Assembly (NCBI GenBank): GCA_001724245.1
Contig: MEDX01000020.1
Span: 1-56,765 of the forward strand
Direction of reading: 5' to 3'
Source: Fonticula-like sp. SCN 57-25
Taxonomy: Eukaryota
Length of the DNA stretch: 56,765 nucleotides
Each line of letters starts with the position of its first letter. Position 1 is the first letter of the stretch. A program made the position numbers and the translations under genes. The notes beneath the pieces were generated by a model that made no database searches, was not told the origin of the DNA, and was given only the letters and a program-made list of their open reading frames with translations. This document shows, piece after piece, positions 52,404 through 56,765 of the stretch.

Positions 52404-52870
52404 ATGCCCCCTAAGCGGAAGGCAGCTGCCGCTGCCTCGGCGGAGGAGCCCGTGCGTTCATACAGTATCTTTGTTTTGGTTATTCATGCGTTATTTTGCC
52501 ATAGTCTCCGAAGAAGGCGGCCAAGCAGGTGAGCGGGGACCACTTTGAGATTGAGATGTGCACGACATGTTCGCAGTTTCGCGCCGGCAAGAATCGCGTC
52601 AGCCGTGTTCTCGAGGCGAGCTACCCGGAGATGGAGATCGTTGTGAACCCTCAGAAGCCGCGGCACCATGCGTTCAATGTGTACCTCGTCCAGTCTGCCG
52701 GCAACAGTGCGCCTCTCTTGATGCCCTTTGTTTCACTTGCTCACAACTTTGCAGAGAAGCTGCTGTGGACGGGCGAAGACAAGGGCCCGCCACGCCGCCT
52801 CAAGTTCCCCGACCCCGCTTCGCTCGTTGTCGACGCTGCGCGCGCCGCTATCGAGGAGGCAAAGTCGTGA
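52404..52870 (+). CDS. SELENOH: Selenoprotein H homolog, Cys-containing (CxxC), 3 exons
   Basis: MPPKRK NLS, IEMCTTCSQF, VNPQKPRHHAFNV, LWTGEDKGPPRRLKFPDP. Confidence 0.88.
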
Positions 52871-53014
52871 GGCTCTCTGCATGTGCGAATAAACAGTTTT
52901 TGTGTCTTATGCGGGTCACTTTATTCAACATTCATACACTATTCTGCGCTATTCTGCAGCAATTCATTGCACTCTAATCAAAAACGCTACACAAAAACGG
53001 CAAGGAAAAATAAT

Positions 53015-54078
53015 CTACATCAACTCTTCATTACTAGCGAGCGCCCTCTGGAGCTCCTCGCGCTCGACGCCCCACGCGGCCTCCTTCATGCTGCTCGTAC
53101 CGAACGCAAACGCCATTCGCGGTGTGTTGAAGGCAATGCCGATGCCGCGCTGCCCCGGCGCGGCAACGATAATGCCGCCAAGCCCCGACGCCTTCTCCTC
53201 AAGCCTCTGCACGGCGCGCTGTGCGGCGTGGGTGGCGTCGGGCTCGCCGCTGGCGTAGATGAGGCCGTCGATGGCGCTGCGCGCAAACAGAACGCGAATG
53301 AGGTCTTCACCGTAGCCCGTCGCCGCCGCGCCACCGACACCGCGCTCGACGAAGCAGCCTGCGCCCCACAGCGGCGTATCGCCGACGCGCCCGGGACGCT
53401 TGAAAGGCGTCCCGCCGGTGGACAGCGCCGACGCGATATTGCCGCTGGCGTCGACAGCGACGCAGCCGACGGTGCCCATGCCGTTCGTCTTGACGCGCCC
53501 AAAGGCGCTCTTGGACTCGTAGCCGGTGACGCCCATGAGCGCGTTGTAACGCTCGAGCTCGCGCCCGACGAGTAGATCCTTGGTGTCGCAGAGGCCGATC
53601 CCCTGCTCCTTGGCAAATCGCTTGCACCCATCGCTGCCCACCAGCATCACGCACTTGGTGTCCTCCATCAGGCGGCGCGCGAGGCGCACGGGGTTGCGAA
53701 TGTTTTGCACAGCGCAGACCGCGCCCATCTCGAGCGTGTCCTTGGCGATGATGGCGTCCATCTCCACCTCGCCGATCGTGTTGAGGAACGAGCCCCGCCC
53801 GGCATCAAACGTCCCGTCATCCTCCAAAAGCGCTACGACCGCCTCCACAACGTCAACAGCCGCGCGGCCCTCTTTGAACATCTCGGTCGCCAGAGCGGCG
53901 GCCGCCTTCATGCCGAGGCGATGGTTCTCGGCGGCATCATCTGGAATGTCCCACGCTCCTGTCAGCGTTGTTAGTTCAGTTTATCTTCCCTCAGCCCCTG
54001 TTTTACAGAGCAGTCGCGGCGGACAGCGGGAGCGGCCCGTAGCGTACCTCCGTGAATGACAAACTTCCAGGACGACAT
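53015..54078 (-). CDS. ASRGL1: Isoaspartyl peptidase / L-asparaginase (Ntn hydrolase), 2 exons
   Basis: FVIHG^GAW, LEDDGTFDAGRGS, VEMDAII, GTVGCVAVD (catalytic Thr), STGG, PGRVGDTP, ATGYGE. Confidence 0.93.
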
Positions 54079-55414
54079 TGCGGGCACCCGGCAGCCCGAC
54101 GCGCAAAATGTCCTCGGAGGGGATGCCGCCTCCGACCCCGTCACGTTGGGGTTTTGCAAACGACTGCCTAAAGTGGTGCGTGTTTGATCGCGGTAAAAGC
54201 GCCGACGTCCTAACGAATGGCGACCTTCTAGGAGCTGCACGCGCACCTGAATGGCTCCGTGTCGGTAGACACGCTTCGTCTGCTCGTGGGCGAGCGCAGA
54301 AGCGCAGATCCCAGCTTTATGGAGAACTTTGATCTCGAGGAGCAGATCGCCAAGCTTGGCGGCCTTGGCGAGTACGCATGCTGGATATAGCGCCCCTTTT
54401 GAGGGATCTCTAACGACACATGTTTTTGGCAGCTTCTTTCAGCTTTTCGGCGTTGTCTATCGCATCACCGACAATGCTGCGGCGCTCTCGCGCGTCGTTC
54501 AGATCGTGCTGGACGAGTTCTTGGCGGATGGCGTGCGGTACATTGAGCTGCGCACGGGCCCCCGCGAGGTGCTCGAGACCGGCATGACGCGCGAGGTGTA
54601 CCTTGAAGCCGTGCTGGGCGCGATGGAGGCGCACCACGCGGCCCACCCTGAGCTCACGAGCCGCTTGATCGTCAGCATCGACCGCAAGATCAGGGGTGAA
54701 AAGGCGATGGGCGTCGTGGAGCTCGCCGCTCGCCTCGCGCCCCGCGGCGTCGTGGCGGTGGATCTCTGCGGCGACCCTTATGCGGCGACGTACGACGAGT
54801 TCAGGCCCGCACTGGCGCGCGCCCGTGAGCTCGGCCTGCGCGTCGTCATCCATGTGCGTCTGCTTTTTTTGTTGGCCTATCGCTGATATTGCGCGCAGAT
54901 GGCCGAGATCCCCGACTCGGACCCCGAATCGATGCTCATGCTGCAGGACGGCATTGTGCGCATTGGCCACGGGACGTTTATGGGAACCGAGGTGCAGCAA
55001 GTCGTCATGCGGGATCGTATCCCAATTGGTACGCTGCGCACTAGACATGGACTCGGCTAATGCCCTGCACAGAGATCTGCCTCACGTCCAACATCAAGTG
55101 TTCCACGGTGCCAAACATAGAGTGCCACCACTTTGCCGACTGGCACGCCAAGCGCCACCCACTCGTCCTCTGCGTCCGTTTTTGCTTTGTTTTTCCTTTT
55201 GCCTGCTCACACCCCTCAACAGACTGATGACAAGGGCGTCTTTGGTGCCGAGCTTTCCGAGGAATATATGCTGGCCGCGCAGTCGTTTGGGCTGAATCGC
55301 GCCCAGCTGTACGAACTGTCGCTTACCTCAATTGACGCGGTTCTCGCCGACGATGCGGTCAAGGAGGCGCTCAGGCAAGCGTGGAGCGACGCCAAACAGG
55401 CTCTGTGTATCTAA
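54056..55414 (+). CDS. ADAL: Adenosine deaminase-like protein (N6-methyl-AMP deaminase class), multi-exon; start ambiguous (54056 vs 54108)
   Basis: FCKRLPKV^ELHAHLNGS, DGVRYIELRT, VDLCGDP, RIGHGT, EICLTSN, TDDKGVF...LSEEY. Confidence 0.9.
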
Positions 55415-55510
55415 AATTAAATGTAATAAAATATCGACTCACTGCCAATAATGAACGGCTATTCGTGGCCATTGTTAATGTCAAAAATGGGTTTTTGATT
55501 GGGTATCGAG

Positions 55511-56602
55511 TTACACGCGGCAGTTTGCCATATCAAAGAGAAGAATGTCTGTCGCGCCGATCGCCTGCAGCTGGTCCATGATGTCGTGCGCTTTGCTCTT
55601 GGGGACGAGGGCCGAGACGGCGACCCATTCGGCGTTCTCTAGCGGCGAGACGGTCGGGGACGTCTTGCCGGGCGTGATCTTCTTGGCTTCGGGGAGGGCG
55701 CTGCGGGCAATGTTGTACGTGATGTAGGAGAACTTTGCCGCGTCGACCGTGCCGCGCACGCGCTCGATGATGCGCGAGATGAGGTCGGGGTGCGGCGCCT
55801 TGGGGTTCGTGATGAGCACGGCCTCCGTCGACATGATGACGTCAACAATGTCAAGGCCCGCGGCGCGCATCGTGGTGCCGGTCTCGACAAGATCAACTGT
55901 GCAGCGTGAGCGTCGGCGACAAGAGGAAGCAGGGAGGAGCGTACTGACGGCGTCGGCAAGGCCGAGCGAGCAGGCAACCTCGACCGAGCCAGATACGGAA
56001 TTGATCTTGGGAGGGTTCTCGGGGCAGATGCGCTCAAAGTACTTTTTGGCCAGCGTCGGGAACGACGTGACAATGCGACCGCCAGCGAGTTGCTATGGGC
56101 ACAGCAAGCATGTGGGTGAGCAGAGGCGAAAGGCAGGGAAAGAGCGCACCTTGGGATCGGTGATGTGGTTCGCAACGGGCGCCTGGAGCGCCAGCCTGCA
56201 AGTGCCAAAGCCGAGCGGGCACACCGTCTTGACCGTCACGTCCGACTCTTCAATCATATCTACAGAGCCATGTTAGGATGCGGAAAGATCCACCAAAGAA
56301 ATCCGTACCAACGCCAGTGATGCCAACATCAACATTGCCCTGGCCAACATACTTGGCAATGTCGGCAGCGGGAAGGAACACAAAGGTGACGGGCAGGTTG
56401 TTGCAGGCGGCAATATCCAGCCGGCTCATGCGCTCAAACTTGAAGCCGGCGACATCAAGCATCTAAAAGATTTCCATGGTAAGACAAAGATATTTCTGAA
56501 ACAATAAATGTGCGTTACCTTGATGCACCGCTCATACAAGCGCCCCTTCTTTGGTACCGCAAAGAGAAGGTCATTCTCGCGGGCAGTAGGCATGGACGCC
56601 AT
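55511..56602 (-). CDS. HIS1: ATP phosphoribosyltransferase (long-form HisG), multi-exon
   Basis: LLFAVPKKGRL, FLPAADIAKYVGQGNVDVGITG, GSVEVACSLGLAD, DLVETGTTMRAAGL, ITPGKTSPTVSPL, GATDILL. Confidence 0.96.
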
Positions 56603-56765
56603 CGCGATCAGCGGATGGGATCCCGTAACTGAAAGTCCGGGGTGTCTGGGGTAGGACACTTTTCCCCGCGTTCCCGTAAGGATTTGAAATTTGATCTGTC
56701 AGCAGTTCTGTCAAAGTCAGTCCCGCAAACATGCGCCGGTACATTCTTGATGCGATGGAGCTCGT

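Noticed and set aside
52556-52573. Selenocysteine recoding in SelH
   Set aside because: The codon is TGT (Cys); there is no in-frame TGA.
1-56765. Transposons, integrated virus or prokaryotic contamination
   Set aside because: No transposase, RT, integrase or capsid motifs were recognised. The intronless, bacterial-like genes sit among spliceosomal-intron genes of similar composition.

Overview
This window is eukaryotic. It is a compact, GC-rich, intron-rich nuclear genome with short GT-AG introns (mostly about 40-100 nt, donors usually GTRCG/GTGAG) and many head-to-head gene pairs with very small intergenic spacers. Gene content (HIS1, a Rua1-type domain known mainly from fungi, tandem-PDZ protein, SelH, c-Myb-like factor, E2F sites) suggests a unicellular opisthokont; this is inference. 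About 30 protein genes and two tandem tRNA-Gln(CTG) genes can be assembled. They include ATP23, adjacent Myb/HMG/bZIP transcription factors, peroxisomal catalase convergent with D-amino-acid oxidase, enoyl-CoA hydratase, MRPL12, NOT3, gamma-COP, a double-START protein, GPKOW, CFDP1, NHP2, bacterial-type MgtE, WDR4, Cys-SelH, isoaspartyl peptidase, ADAL and HIS1. The standout is an intronless 2506-aa gene (37860-45380, minus strand). It fuses an N-terminal membrane anchor, EGF and tandem GT4+GT2 glycosyltransferases to a Thr-rich stalk and a polycystin/adhesion-GPCR-like REJ-GAIN/GPS ectodomain with one TM and a PPxY/acidic tail, making it a candidate self-glycosylating, self-cleaving surface receptor polyprotein. 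Other highlights: a UVR/coiled-coil protein with tepsin-type AP-4 ear-binding motifs, a spliced SPO16/PTD-like meiotic gene only partly visible in the ORF track, and a possible head-to-head coding overlap. All family assignments come from motif recognition by eye, no searches were run, and exon boundaries are manual.
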